Below are positions 25,498 through 25,735 of a stretch of DNA of 25,735 bases, piece by piece. Every line of letters begins with the position of its first letter. Within the stretch, counting starts at the first letter, position 1. The notes beneath the pieces were generated by a model that was not told where the DNA came from, did not search any database, and saw nothing but the letters and a program-made list of their open reading frames with translations. The translations under genes and the position numbers were made by a program. Where the stretch lies: the IMG/VR virus record IMGVR_UViG_3300021982_000011, positions 1 through 25,735 of that record; one strand, 5' to 3'. The DNA is from a virus (taxonomy: Duplodnaviria; Caudoviricetes).

Positions 25498-25735
25498 AAT
25501 TGTAGCACGTTATATTAAGCCCTGCAAAATCTACGTTTATATTACCAGTTTTAACTGTACTAAGTAAAACATATGTACCTCCTGTTATAGCGCCATCCTT
25601 CAAATAGTTATATATATTCGTTGCACTAGTTATGCTATCCCAAGAAGACTTAGAGTAATTATAAACCAAATAATCGTAGTTATTATTTGTTATGTCACTC
25701 GTTATAGATTTAATAGTAGCAGATAACAGCTGCTC
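25496..25735 (-). CDS. 3' end of a probable large baseplate/tail protein (partial; not in the ORF track)
   Basis: Open frame from the window edge, EQLLSATIKS...YNYSKSSWDSI...VDFAGLNITCYN*, followed by a terminator. Product inferred from synteny. Confidence 0.7.
   Translation of the reverse strand, partial: EQLLSATIKSITSDITNNNYDYLVYNYSKSSWDSITSATNIYNYLKDGAITGGTYVLLSTVKTGNINVDFAGLNITCYN

Overview
This window is a fragment of a large lytic myophage genome of the Herelleviridae (SPO1/Twort/K-like) type. The host is probably a low-GC Gram-positive bacterium (inferred from sigmaA-type promoters and strong SD sites); it cannot be named. All real genes are on the minus strand. Reading right to left: the end of the baseplate/tail module (partial gene, 170-aa baseplate protein, 1239-aa adsorption-associated tail protein, three small proteins), then the replication/recombination block (SF2 helicase, wHTH Rep-like protein, DnaB-like helicase, SbcD/SbcC, primase, Hjc-type resolvase, HU-like protein, family A DNA polymerase with a UDG-like N-domain, UvsY-like protein, HExxH peptidase-like protein, SSB, RecA), then a phage sigma factor and a probable virion protein. 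The most notable observation is that the last gene ends CGC-CCG-TAA while its Thr-rich mucin-like repeat continues in the -1 frame. This suggests a stop-adjacent -1 frameshift, although an indel cannot be excluded. Also notable: terminators fused with promoters (one -35 box is exactly the hairpin loop), a second promoter class (G[C/T]TATATTATT), no GATC found on a manual scan, and no nrd/thioredoxin or receptor-fibre genes at their usual syntenic positions. All calls come from motifs and remembered synteny; no database search was run.
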